A DNA stretch of 63,318 nt, counting the filler, from Octopus bimaculoides (Eukaryota), in the NCBI RefSeq assembly GCF_001194135.2. It is 8 parts of 8 records of this genome, joined end to end, with 100 filler letters (N's around TTAATTAATTAA, not from the genome) between each part and the next. Parts side by side here need not be neighbours in the genome. Positions count along the whole stretch, not along the records: positions 12,707 to 14,822 come from NW_026362866.1; positions 14,923 to 29,129 come from NC_069004.1; 6 more parts are not named here. One strand, given 5' to 3'. The translations under genes and the position numbers were made by a program. This document shows, one piece after another, positions 12,738 through 24,950 of the stretch. The notes under the pieces were generated by a model. That model was not told the DNA's origin. It saw only the letters and a list, made by a program, of their open reading frames with translations, and did no database searches. Every line of letters begins with the position of its first letter. Within the stretch, counting starts at the first letter, position 1.

Positions 12738-14089
12738 GCACACTCTCACACTTACAAGCAAGTCAATACCTTAATCTCCATAGGATTTTTCTAAATCCCA
12801 AAAATAGAAGCCAAGTATATATCTCATCACATATTCTTTTCTTCCTAAATTTGAAAAATACATAACTTGTTGATTTATATTTCCTGTCTGTGTGCCTTAT
12901 CCTCCATTTCCTGCACCTTCGAGATTTTCAACAGTATTTTAAATGAAATACACAAAAATAAGGAACTAAACAGCAACANNNNNNNNNNNNNNNNNNNNNN
13001 NNNNNNNNNNNNNNNNNNNNNNNNNNNNNNNNNNNNNNNNNNNNNNNNNNNNNNNNNNNNNNNNNNNNNNNNNNNNNNNNNNNNNNNNNNNNNNNNNNNN
13101 NNNNNNNNNNNNNNNNNNNNNNNNNNNNNNNNNNNNNNNNNNNNNNNNNNNNNNNNNNNNNNNNNNNNNNNNNNNNNNNNNNNNNNNNNNNNNNNNNNNN
13201 NNNNNNNNNNNNNNNNNNNNNNNNNNNNNNNNNNNNNNNNNNNNNNNNNNNNNNNNNNNNNNNNNNNNNNNNNNNNNNNNNNNNNNNNNNNNNNNNNNNN
13301 NNNNNNNNNNNNNNNNNNNNNNNNNNNNNNNNNNNNNNNNNNNNNNNNNNNNNNNNNNNNNNNNNNNNNNNNNNNNNNNNNNNNNNNNNNNNNNNNNNNN
13401 NNNNNNNNNNNNNNNNNNNNNNNNNNNNNNNNNNNNNNNNNNNNNNNNNNNNNNNNNNNNNNNNNNNNNNNNNNNNNNNNNNNNNNNNNNNNNNNNNNNN
13501 NNNNNNNNNNNNNNNNNNNNNNNNNNNNNNNNNNNNNNNNNNNNNNNNNNNNNNNNNNNNNNNNNNNNNNNNNNNNNNNNNNNNNNNNNNNNNNNNNNNN
13601 NNNNNNNNNNNNNNNNNNNNNNNNNNNNNNNNNNNNNNGATCCAAACTCAGACTCTAATGTCTTTGCACAGGATTAATCATCAACGTGGCTAAAAAAGGC
13701 TATAAGATGGATCAGCTTGAACTGGTATAGTAACAGTTATGGAGNNNNNNNNNNATGGATCAGCTTGAACTGGTATAGTAACAGTTATGGAGATAAGCAA
13801 ATTATACACATCAAATATATTAAACGTATTAAATACATCAAACATAAAATGAGTGTATATGGATACATGCAAAATGAGAGGAAGTAAAAGGTGGANNNNN
13901 NNNNNNNNNNNNNNNNNNNNNNNNNNNNNNNNNNNNNNNNNNNNNNNNNNNNNNNNNNNNNNNNNNNNNNNNNNNNNNNNNNNNNNNNNNNNNNNNNNNN
14001 NNNNNNNNNNNNNNNNNNNNNNNNNNNNNNNNNNNNNNNNNNNNNNNNNNNNNNNNNNNNNNNNNNNNNNNNNNNNNNNNNNNNNNNNN

Positions 14090-14170
14090 AATCGAAGAAC
14101 TCTGAAATGTCAGTTTCAACCTCCTCCTGGCTTGCAAAATTTATGTTTCCCAATTGATTCTGTAAATTAT
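14090..14170 (-). mobile_element. Mariner transposase C-terminal remnant
   Basis: Translation LQNQLGNINFASQEEVETDISEFFD resembles the mariner C-terminal SLQN...F.S.EEV...L.EFF segment. Confidence 0.6.
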
Positions 14171-14723
14171 TACAGGGAGATTATTACATTATTTATAAAT
14201 ATTCTAACACCTTCATACACACACAAATACACACACACATACAAACACACACACANNNNNNNNNNNNNCTATACATTAATCTTTTTAGGATTTCTCTACT
14301 TGTGAAAAATAGAAGCCATGTCTACCTCCAATCATACATTATTTTCTTCCTAAATTTGGAGAATACATACCTTCTTGATTTGTATTGTGTTGATGTGTGC
14401 CTTGTTCTCCATTTTCACACCTTCAAAAATATTACCTTATTTAGAAACACACACACAAACATTATAAACAAGGCAATATATGAACCTCTCTAGAATTTCT
14501 CCACCTTCTTGAAGTAGCAGTCAAACCTACTTCTAATCATACTCTATTCTCTGCAGAAATTTACAGAACACATAGCATATGACATGAAAGATATACAGTC
14601 TCATTATAAGACAAGATAGAAACAAGTACAGTCACATATTGATNNNNNNNNNNAAAAAATGAAAATAAATGCAGTCCCTATGTTCTGTATTTTTGCCATC
14701 ATTTCTATCATTTTCTCTCTCAC

Positions 14724-14789
14724 CTTCAATACCTCCATTTGGTTGTGTGCCCTGATTTTTAGGTATTAGAGTTTCTCTTTCCTGAGTAT
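14724..14789 (-). CDS. Candidate 66-nt phase-1/phase-1 micro-exon (DTQERETLIPKNQGTQPNGGIEG)
   Basis: Acceptor TTTTGTATATTTTTTCTTAG|AT, donor GAAG|GTGAGA, and an open frame-preserving length. No homology recognised. Confidence 0.35.
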
Positions 14790-14922
14790 CTAAGAAAAAA
14801 TATACAAAAGTAATAAAATAAANNNNNNNNNNNNNNNNNNNNNNNNNNNNNNNNNNNNNNNNNNNNTTAATTAATTAANNNNNNNNNNNNNNNNNNNNNN
14901 NNNNNNNNNNNNNNNNNNNNNN

Positions 14923-14973
<51 letters not shown>

Positions 14974-15595
14974 AGAGAGAGAATGAGAGAGAGAGAGAAT
15001 GAAAGAGAGAGAGAAAAAGAGAGAGAAAAAGAGAGAGGAGGATGGAGAGGGAGAGAGAGAGAGAGATCTTGGAGCTTTCCTGTCGCTATCACAGATTTAG
15101 TAATTTTATAATTAAATGAACATTTTCAAATTTGGCATATAGACATACTTTTTCATGATGAATCCGAGTTTGTGGTTCATTTCCCCATTTATTCCATTTA
15201 GCAAAATGTTACAGAGGTTTAAAGTTTGATCATTTTTACCCAATCAGAAAGCGAAAGTAAACATTACAAGACGAAGTTTTAAACAAAACGTAGAAATGCG
15301 TGAGAGTTAATAGATATACAGACAATGTATAGTAAATATATAGAGGGAGAGAGAGAGTAATGGTGATGGACAGAGAGTGGGAAATTTGTCGATCTAAAAG
15401 TGAGTTATTTCTAGTACTAAACTGGGGTTGTTTTTTTTTTTACAGACGACATTGTGTTTGGGGTGCTGATTTCGAAAGTCAAATTTCTCAAGAATGCACT
15501 GTTTCAGAGAGTTTCGCGTTTATATAGTAGATGAACATATACAAGAGTTGTACTGAAAGGAATGCAAAAATATACAGAAATCAAAACGCACTTAC

Positions 15596-15848
15596 CACTG
15601 TAAGGATATGCACAAATAAAAACATCATCAGCTTTTTTCTTAAATGTAGAAATTCTTGGTAGACATTCCAAAAGTGAAGGAATTGGCGGATAGATGACTC
15701 CATCATGGCAAATAACAAATTTGCTATTTCCTTCTTCATCTTCTATTTTGGTAAAATGTTTAATTATATCATTATTTAACAAACCTTCCGTTGTTGATGC
15801 TGAGTTCATCAACAACGACATTAATGATGATGATGATGACGTAGACAT
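15596..15848 (-). CDS. First coding exon of a cytosolic sulfotransferase (Sulfotransfer_1)-like gene
   Basis: ATG in AAATCATG. Translation DGVIYPPI...RISTFKKKADDVFICAYPYSG matches the SULT N-terminus and 5'-PSB loop. Phase-1 donor G|GTAAGT falls at the loop glycine. Downstream exons were not found. Confidence 0.8.
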
Positions 15849-15954
15849 GATTTCTTGGTCGCGATGTTCTTAACACAGGGAACACAAGTTACCGACGACA
15901 GACAGAAATACGTTTGAATAATATTGTCTCTCACTCGCCTATATCATGAGCTTT

Positions 15955-16010
15955 CTCAGCTGAACTTCAGCGACAATCACGCCCCCACTCCTTATACCTT
16001 GTCTACGTCA
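15955..16010 (-). promoter_or_regulatory. Candidate core promoter of the SULT-like gene
   Basis: On the minus strand: TGACGT (16005-16010), TATAAG (15991-15996) and an Inr-like TTCAGCT about 33 nt downstream, roughly 110 nt upstream of the ATG. Confidence 0.4.
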
Positions 16011-16237
16011 ATGATTGAATAAAAGTTACAAGTCAGTGGCTATGTCTAATTCTAAAACTGTTTGCTTTCTTTTTTCTTTTTTCTTTTTAGTGTTCATAGC
16101 GTGAGTGTGTATGTGTGTTTAAATACATATATAAATACATGCATATGATATGCATTCAGTTATACAGGGGAAACAATACAATCACAATTGGTTGGCATTA
16201 AACTACACACATTTATGTATATCTTTTTTACAATCAT

Positions 16238-16295
<58 letters not shown>

Positions 16296-16729
16296 GCGTG
16301 GTTGTATGAGTGAAAGAGAGAGTGTGAGCGGGAAAAGAATGAGGTTGTGTGAAGAGGTGTTTATGTATGGTATGCCTGTCTATGTGCCTCATTACAGATA
16401 AAGACCTCTCAAGGAAAATATTTGCCAACTAATTTAGGTTATCTATTCTGTTTGTTTTTTTCTTTTCAGTTTTTGATGATCTTCTACCTGTTTATCTTAC
16501 CTGTTGGGTGTTGCCTTAAAGAGTACAACTATGACCATCACTCGCAAGACCGGATAACATGCTTTAGCTAAATTGTTGTTGGGTACTCATACAGTCATGA
16601 GAAGACACTGACATTTTCTCAGACCTTTCGCCCATTACATAGCAGAACATTGATACTTTAAGTAAGACTGTCTTGAGTTTTATGACTCATAGATCCAGTT
16701 AACTGGTTTCCAAGGCATTATAAGAGACC

Positions 16730-17005
16730 AAGATGATAACACTAGCCCTGAACATGTTTTGGCATATTTGTAGAAAATTTCACGAAAAAATATTAATTTT
16801 CCTGGAAGTTAAGAAGAATTTAAGTGGACTCTGTTGGAATTTCCGAAAATTGTCCCCCACCCCCATTCCAAAACACTTTCACCAGAAAGTTTTGTATATT
16901 CGGATTCTACATAGTAAATACTATATGCATAGCAAATTTCATTAAAAAATATTCATTTTTCTGAAAGTTATGACCTCCCAAAGTCTGGGAGGTAAAACCC
17001 TGTAG
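16730..17005 (+). mobile_element. Possible non-autonomous Helitron/Helentron-like remnant
   Basis: Internal direct repeats AATTTCA..AAAAAATATT.ATTTT.CTG.AAGTTA, plus a 3' hairpin ACCTCCCA/TGGGAGGT (16973-16993) followed by CTGTAG. Confidence 0.35.
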
Positions 17006-17086
17006 TTATGCCGTTTGTCCATCATAGGGTTAGTCATTTAAGGCTGAATAGACTACTCAAAAATATGACATACTGCCCAGTCTGTA

Positions 17087-17149
17087 TGTAGGGCAGGCAG
17101 GATTTATGACAGACGAACTGTAGACAGGAATTTCGTTGCGGGATAGTGG
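17087..17149 (+). repeat. Truncated 5' LTR
   Basis: TGTAGGGCAGG...GAACTGTAGACAGGAA...GCGGG matches the start of the 3' LTR. Confidence 0.85.
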
Positions 17150-20100
17150 ATGTACATGTGTGTATGTGCGCGAGTGTGTTTTGTTTTATATATGTGTATT
17201 CACTCACACGCGTGTGTGAGTGGGTGGCATTAATTTAATGTATTAAACTTATCTTTATTGAATTATACATAGATATATACAAGATCTGATATACACGTAC
17301 GTACATACATACGCGCATGCGCATGTCTTCTGCCACCCAAATCCTATTTTCTGATTGGATAAAGTTTGACACACAGAATAACTGCAGACCTAACGAAATA
17401 TTCATAAGTTGTAGCAGCACTGGGCGAAGATACGGCAACAAGAGTGCTGAACATTTTAACCCCACCCTCAGCAACGTGCAAAAATACCACATCAAAAGGC
17501 AGACTAGCGAATACATTCCAGCGCAGCGAACGAGAAGCGGCAGCTAAGATACTGGAGGAGAAATTAGGCGATTCTAAGCCTTCGGAGTTGATGGACAAGA
17601 TTTGACATTAACCCCCTCCCTCGGTGTGTCACCTTCCTTTTTTGTTTAGGAAAATATTCCTCTGCAAGTTACCACCCCAGATTCAGGCCCTCATAACTCA
17701 GACTGAGATCAAGTTAGTGAAAGCATCTGACAAGCATTTTTTTATCCAGTGATATTATAGTCAACGCAATAGGGTCAGCCCCAAGACATAGTAGAGTTAA
17801 GCAAGATGACCTGTACTTCTACCACACAAAATTCAGGAAAAAGGCTATGAAGTGGAAACAATTATGGAGCTTTAGGACCCCTTTATTATTGGCCCAGAGA
17901 AACTCCAGGGCCGGGCGCTATTGAATGCCCTGGTGGCTGGCAGACACGGTCAACTGCTTCTCTATGTTCGCGATCGGAGCTCTGGACATAGGTTCCTAAT
18001 CGACACAGGAGCAGAAGTCAGTGTCATCCCAGCATCAGCAAGGGATCTCTGTTACAGAAAGTGAGGCCATCCTTTAACAGCCACCAATGGGACCACAATT
18101 GAGGTGTACAGTCGCTGCATCCTTTCTCTCAATATCAGCTCACAAAAATACACATGGGCATTCACCATCACCGATGTCCATCAGCCCATTATCGGGGCAG
18201 ACTTTCTTCGAGCACACTTGCTACTGGTTGATTTACAGGGGAGACAACTCATCAACAGCAACACATACGCATCTGTACTTCTGGCAACATCAGCACATCC
18301 TCCCCTCCCCCCGCATAGCAACTGTCTCTCAGACCAAGAACAAATTTTCAAATCTCCTTGCAAGTCACCCCAATCTCACTACCCCAACATTCTCCAAACT
18401 TACAGCCTGTCACAGAGTGACACACCACATTCCCACCACTTCCCCCACACCCACCCAGTACACAGCCACACACATCATCCATCACCAGACAAACTTGATA
18501 TTGCAAAAGCTGAGCTTGACAATATAGAGGCATTGGGCATAGTTTGCCGACCAAGCGGTCCCTGGTCATTACCCCTGCATGTAACCCCGAAACCCAATGG
18601 AGGTTATTGACCTTGCAGAGATTACTACTGTCCCAATGCAGATATGACATCTAACTGCTACCCCATTCCACAAATAAAGGATTTCTCAGCCCAGCTAGCC
18701 AGGTGCTCAGTTTTCTCGAAGGTTGACCTCATCTGAGGTTACTACCAAATACCAGTACAAGACAACAATGTACCAAAAACTGCTTTCAGTCTGTATGAAT
18801 TTGTACATATACCCTTTGGCCTTGATAGACACTGTGTGTAGGGGTCTTGATTTCATCTTTGCATACTTAGATGATATCCTTATTGCAAGCCAAAATGCAG
18901 AGCTACACAAGAAGCACCTAGTGACTCTTTTTGATAGACTGGAACAGTATAGCCTAGTAATCAACCCTGCCAAGTGTGATTTTGGTGTTACAGAAATCAA
19001 CTTCTTGAGACATCGAATCACAGGTGCCAGTGCTACACCCCTGTCAAAAAAAGTGAAAGCTATCCTATATTTTCCATGCTCCACCACAAACAAGGCTCTA
19101 CACCAATTTCTGGCTGTAGTAAACTTTTATCATCACTTCATCTCTTCTGCAGCAAGAGTGATGAGACCCCTATACAAGACACTGTCAAAAGGTGGTTCAA
19201 AAAGACAGGTGGAGTGGGATTGTGCAATGACCTCAGCCTATGAAAACAGGCCCTGGCTAAAGCAACGATGCTGTCCCATCTTCATATGTCAACTTGAACT
19301 ACACTCACAGTTGACACCTCTGTCACAGCCATTGGGGGCATGTTGGAACAACATATCAATAGTCAGTGGCAATCACTTGCCTTCTTCAATTGACAATTAC
19401 GACCCCCTGAACAGAAATACAATGCTTTTGAAAGGGAACTATTGGCTATCCATCTAGGTATCCATCACTTTTGCTATTTCCTTGAAGGTTGCATGGTTAG
19501 TGTCCACTGACCACAAACCACTCACCTTTGCTATGAGCAAGCTCTCAGAGCCTTGGTCTGCACACCAGCAATGACAGCTATCAACCATTTCTGAGTACAC
19601 CACAGACATCCATCACATAGCCAGAAAGAGCAACCCAATCACTGATACACTCTCTCATGCTCCTGCCTGCTCTCACACCCACCTAGCCCCAATAACAGAA
19701 GGCCTGGGTTACAATACTATGGCTACAGCCCAACAGACAGATGACAAGATCAAGGCCCACCGCACTGCCATCACATCACATTCCTTGCAGGATGTGCACT
19801 TTGGCTCTAACTGGGGACCCACCACTGATTGTCCTATCAGCCTGGCACAGGAAAGTTTTCAACATCATTCACAGACTGTCCCACCCAGGTACTAGAGCTA
19901 CACAGCACTTGCTGTCAAGCAAATTTATCTGGCTTGGTATGGCCAAGGACCATCAGCACACCAAAGCAATCCTTGACAATTATGAACCACCACAGGCCCG
20001 TTTCAGCCGTACCAACATAGACCTTGTCACTCCCCCCCACCACCACCACCACCACCTCTAAAGGGTTGTTCGTACCTACTGACTTTGGCAGACCACTACA

Positions 20101-20963
20101 CTCATTGGCCTGAGGCCATCCCTCTCCATAGTACAGGAACACAAGAAGTCAGCTAAGCCTTCATCACAAACTAGGTCGCCTGTTCTGGTGTCCCAGACAG
20201 TATCTCATCCAATCAGGGTCTACAATTCACCTCAAAGCTGTGGAAAAACATGTGTGACTTTTTGGGAATCACAATGAACCACACAACAGCCTACCATCCA
20301 CAATCCAATGAGTTGGTGGAGAGATTTCACCACTGCCTGAAGGAATCTCTGACAATCAGACTTAAAGGGCCCAATTGGATTGATCAACTTCTATGGGTGA
20401 TGCTGGGAATCTGTACTGCCCCAAAAGAAAATCTCAACACTTTCTCCACAGAAATAGTGTATGGTACCCCTCTTACTGTGCCAGGAGAGTTACTTCCGAA
20501 TATGAAATCAGACTTGGATGTCAAAAGGTACCTCACTCAACTGAGGGACAATGTGGGTCAGTTGCACCCTATTCCCATGTCAACACACAATACATCCAGA
20601 TCATCCATGCCAAATGACCTCTGCATGGCTAACTTTGTGTTCATTCAACATGACACAATGAAAACCTTTCCAGTCACCCTACAATGGTCCATATGAAGTC
20701 ATATGTCCAGGCTACAAGTCATTTCAACTCCTAATTGGCAGATGACAAGACACAGTTTCCATTGATAGGTTGAAACTAGCCTATCTCAATACTGACAGCA
20801 CCATTCAAGTAGCCCAACCACCAAACAGAGGCTACCCCAGGCAGATCACACCCATGCTTGACAAGGAACAGTCACCAAAGAGCCAAGTAACCACATACAT
20901 GGGCAGGACAATTAAAACACCTTCCCAGTTCCAATGACAGTCAACAGTTCTGGTGGGGAGCTA

Positions 20964-21172
20964 TGTAGGGCAGGATTCATGACAGATGAACTGTAGACAG
21001 GAACTTTGCTGCGGGCTAGCTAGGGAGCTGGTCTGCAGCAAAGTAGACTTCCAGTTGAGTGGGCTTCAAGAGGCAGAAGTAACTGGCAGCTGTCGCCCTT
21101 ATGTACTTAAAGGAATAAATCTTTCACTAACACAATCTCGTCTCCATGAGTTTATTTGTGTGTAGCTTAACA
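20964..21172 (+). repeat. 3' LTR (TG...CA) preceded by a polypurine tract
   Basis: PPT GGTGGGGAG at 20952-20960. The LTR starts TGTAG, contains AATAAA and ends TTAACA. Confidence 0.75.
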
Positions 21173-22489
21173 AAGCTTTATGTGAATCAAAACCATGATT
21201 TTGGGGTTGTGAGTGCAACACAGAAACAACAGGATATATAAATTTTAGGAAGATCATTCTCTTATGTGTGCTATCTGTGCTAAAATGAAGTTGAACAAGT
21301 CACTGTCCAAATCAGTTCTTATTCATAATTACAGCTCTCCCAGACACATTAGAGGGCTATGTCTCATTCATGTGCACTCGTGTTGTCATCTCAACAACTC
21401 TACTGAGTTACTCTAGGTACATTTTATCATAGCACAAACACTAGAGACATTGCCATGTCTCAAAACAAGTTTAATGTGTCCACTCCCTCCTACATTAACT
21501 TCAATCATTCTCCAGCCATTTAATCATTGCACCAGTATTAATGAGGTCACCTTCTACTATGCAAGACTAAAGTGCTTTTTCTACTCTATGTTGTCTTCAT
21601 TCTTTCAAAGCAAACGACTAAAAGTGTGAATAAAAGAGAGAGTAATGACCCAATGTGTGAAAAAAGAGAGCTCTGAGCATGTGTGTGAGGAGAAGTAATA
21701 TGGAATAGAGGCAGTGATAGTTACATGTTAGTCGATGATGAGGAGACACATAGAAAAATGACATTAATAGCATGATGGGATAGCATAAAGGAAGATGATA
21801 AATAGCAATAGAGATGTGAGAATGATAGGTATCAATGAAGACTGAGAATGATGGCTAATGATATACAATGATGGTTTATAAGACAGATCGTATTTCATCT
21901 CATTACACAGGCATGATGGGAGAGAGAGACAAAGTGATGGAAAAGTGATGGTGCAAAAGGGGGAGGATGAATAATGATTGATGATAGAGGTATCAAATAT
22001 AGATGTATCAGATGTTATACAGGTACCGTGGTACAGTGAATAGGAGAGAGAGTGAGTGATAGATGAGAGGGTAATGCTGAGGGCAGTAGATGAAGATTTA
22101 ACAGAAATATGATGAAAAAGAGATATAATTGAGATACATGTATCTATCTCCTGTCACTACCAACATCACCATAAATATTTTAGCAACCATTTTGCTTTGT
22201 TTGTACCAGTGGGTCAGTCTTCATCAATACTATATGTTGCCATTCATTATGGTTTCTATGGCTGAATACCTTTCCTAATACCAACCACTTTTACAAAGTG
22301 TACTGGTGCTTTTTATGTGACACCAGCATAGGTGCTTTTTACATGGCAAGTGCTTTTACAGTAAGCCTTCACAACAAAATACATATTCCAATGGAGATAT
22401 AATAATCTCATTTCTTTTGAGATCTTAAACATACAGTCCTTGAATGCACCAAAGAATCTCATTTCAAGATTGAAGTACAAGATTGGACT

Positions 22490-22920
22490 TCTACAATTTT
22501 GTGCAAGCTTTGAACACAATACCTAACATTGTAGCAACCTTCTTGGCTGCTACAATACTAGGCCTAACAGCTATGATATTTCCATGCAACCTCCCATTCA
22601 CAAATAGCAAAACAGTGTTCCAAAAACTAAACTTCCTCTTTAGATCCAGAAAATATTTAAGTGCCAATCAGTTCCTGGTAATCTACAAATCTCGAGTACA
22701 ACTCACAATAGAATGCTGTTACCTACAAACACATTAAAATCTCTATTCTACAAATGCACTGTCTCATCCCTCTACCTATGCTGTCACTACTACAATAGCC
22801 TTTGCTTCTTGGAGCTTGTTACTTACTAGCTGCATCCAAGTTTAGTTGGCACCTGTTTCTCATCTTCCCATCATTTGTACAGTATCTCATCCTCAAATGA
22901 TTCACATTCACTACTATATC
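22490..22920 (+). mobile_element. CR1/L2-group LINE RT C-terminal fragment
   Basis: KLNFLFRSRKYLSANQFLVIYKSRVQLTIECC followed by a degraded VSSL...YYNSLC..EL segment. Confidence 0.6.
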
Positions 22921-22924
22921 TGAT

Positions 22925-23800
22925 GACCAAGGTCTGTGAGTGAGTGTCTGGTGTTACCTTCGAGAATTACTATCTTACTGACCTGGAGTGTGCAGATGAT
23001 ACCACCCTATTCAGCAACCTAATTGACCAGCTCAGGGATGCACTGACCATTTACAGAGAAGAATCAGCAAAACTTGGCCTTCAGGTGAGTTGGGCAAAGA
23101 CCAAGATAATGCATGCCATAGAGACCTTGGATCCTCCTCCTCTCTATATTGGCCACAATGTCATGGAATTTGTCAGCTCCATCAACTTGGGATCCACAGT
23201 CACCAACAATAGAGGCCTGACCCTGGAGATCAACTACAGATGTGTTCTGACCACTAGAGTCATGTACTCCCTATGGAAGCCCCTCTGGCACCACTGCTCT
23301 ATCTCCCAGAAGAAAAAGCTCCACACTGGCCCTCTCCATTCTCCTCTAAGGAGCATAAATGTGGCCCCTCCCAAAAATCCTGGCAAAGAAAATCAAGGGC
23401 TTTGATAACAGAACCCTGAGGACCATGAAGAACAACAGGTAGTACCATCATGTTAACTACAAGCAACTGCATGTGTGCACACATCAGCCTGCAGCCTCCC
23501 AACTTATAGCTATACATCGCATGCACTGGTTATGAACATGTCCTCCATCTCCTGCTAGATCATCCTACCAAGGCTTTACTCATTTGATGCCGCAGGTGCT
23601 GGCTGTAAGAGACCTCATGTCAAGCCCCACATCACATTGCTGGACATGATTAAAGACGATCTCCAGAGGTTCAACATTATTTTGGAGGATCAGAGGAACT
23701 GGCCACTAGCAATAGAGGGCATTGGTGGACCTGGTTGGCTTTGTGCATGATGATGTCTCTGGATCATTAACCTCGGATGGCCCCAGCCTCATCAAGTAGG
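22925..23800 (+). mobile_element. 5'-truncated RTE LINE
   Basis: LTDLECADD (YADD motif), GLQVSWAKTK, NLGS and IKGFDNRTLR, plus degraded WYGHV and GRP motifs. Confidence 0.9.
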
Positions 23801-24489
23801 AGTATGAAGCTAGCAAGCAAGCATGTGTGTGTGCATGTGCACACGTGCATGTGTGTGTACACTACATATATAGCTCTAGAATCTCCTAGAACTCACTTTA
23901 TGTTCCTGTCTTTTTTACTAGACATTAATTTGCAGATGTTTCATCTAAACATCAACCATGTCAGTCTCAGAAGACTTATGAAGGTCATGGTAACCCTTCC
24001 CTCTGTGTAATTCTTGAAACATTTTGTCAATGAGCTGTCCAGTCACTCTATATCGTTCTATTTTCAGTACCATAATTGATTATGCACATAGCAGGGCAAT
24101 GTCAACAAAATGCAGACATTGGACACATTACNNNNNNNNNNNNNNNNNNNNNNNNNNNNNNNNNNNNNNNNNNNNNNNNNNNNNNNNNNNNNNNNNNNNN
24201 NNNNNNNNNNNNNNNNNNNNNNNNNNNNNNNNNNNNNNNNNNNNNNNNNNNNNNNNNNNNNNNNNNNNNNNNNNNNNNNNNNNNNNNNNNNNNNNNNNNN
24301 NNNNNNNNNNNNNNNNNNNNNNNNNNNNNNNNNNNNNNNNNNNNNNNNNNNNNNNNNNNNNNNNNNNNNNNNNNNNNNNNNNNNNNNNNNNNNNNNNNNN
24401 NNNNNNNNNNNNNNNNNNNNNNNNNNNNNNNNNNNNNNNNNNNNNNNNNNNNNNNNNNNNNNNNNNNNNNNNNNNNNNNNNNNNNNNNN

Positions 24490-24950
24490 NGGGTTGGATG
24501 CCCTTCCTAACACCAACCACTCCAAAAGTGTAGCTGGTGTTTTTTTACATGCCACCAGCATGGGTGCCAATGACCTGACACTGCCATCAGCCACGACTAC
24601 GATCTCGCTTGGCTTGACAGATCTACACAAGCACGGTATATTGCCAAAGGTCTTGGTCACCTGTCACTGCCTCCATGAGGCCCAACACTCGAACAGTGCT
24701 TTTTACATGCCATTGGCATGGATGCCAGTCAGATGGCACTGGCATCGGCCATGACTACAATTTCACTCAGTTCAACAGGTCTTCACAAGCACAGCATATC
24801 ACCCAATGATTGAAGGGTGCTTTCAAAGGGCCAGTTACATGATACTGGCATCAGCCACAACTACAATCTCACTTGGCTTAACATCACTTGGCTTGAGGCC
24901 CAACACTCGAACAGGGCTTTTTACATGCCACCAGCACAGGTGCATCATTA
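24490..24950 (-). mobile_element. RTE-3'UTR-derived repeat with an internal duplication
   Basis: GGATGCCCTTCCTAA motif. GGCCCAACACTCGAACAG occurs twice (~24679 and ~24897). Confidence 0.7.

Larger units (their letters stand above)
17087..21172 (+). mobile_element. Decayed Ty3/gypsy LTR retrotransposon (compact, CsRn1-like organisation)
   Basis: gag (VVAAL...LGDSKPSELMDKI), protease FLIDTGAEVSVIP (~17990-18030), RT (FSKVDL, AYLDDILIAS), RNase H (ERELLAI, TDHKPL), integrase (HRLSHPG, YHPQSNELVERFH) and a GPY-like motif, in gypsy domain order. Many stops and frameshifts. Confidence 0.95.

Noticed and set aside
13707-13792. Tandem duplicates across tiny gaps (also 26716-26806 and 60659-60775)
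   Set aside because: Identical sequence on both sides of 10-11 N indicates unmerged contig overlap.
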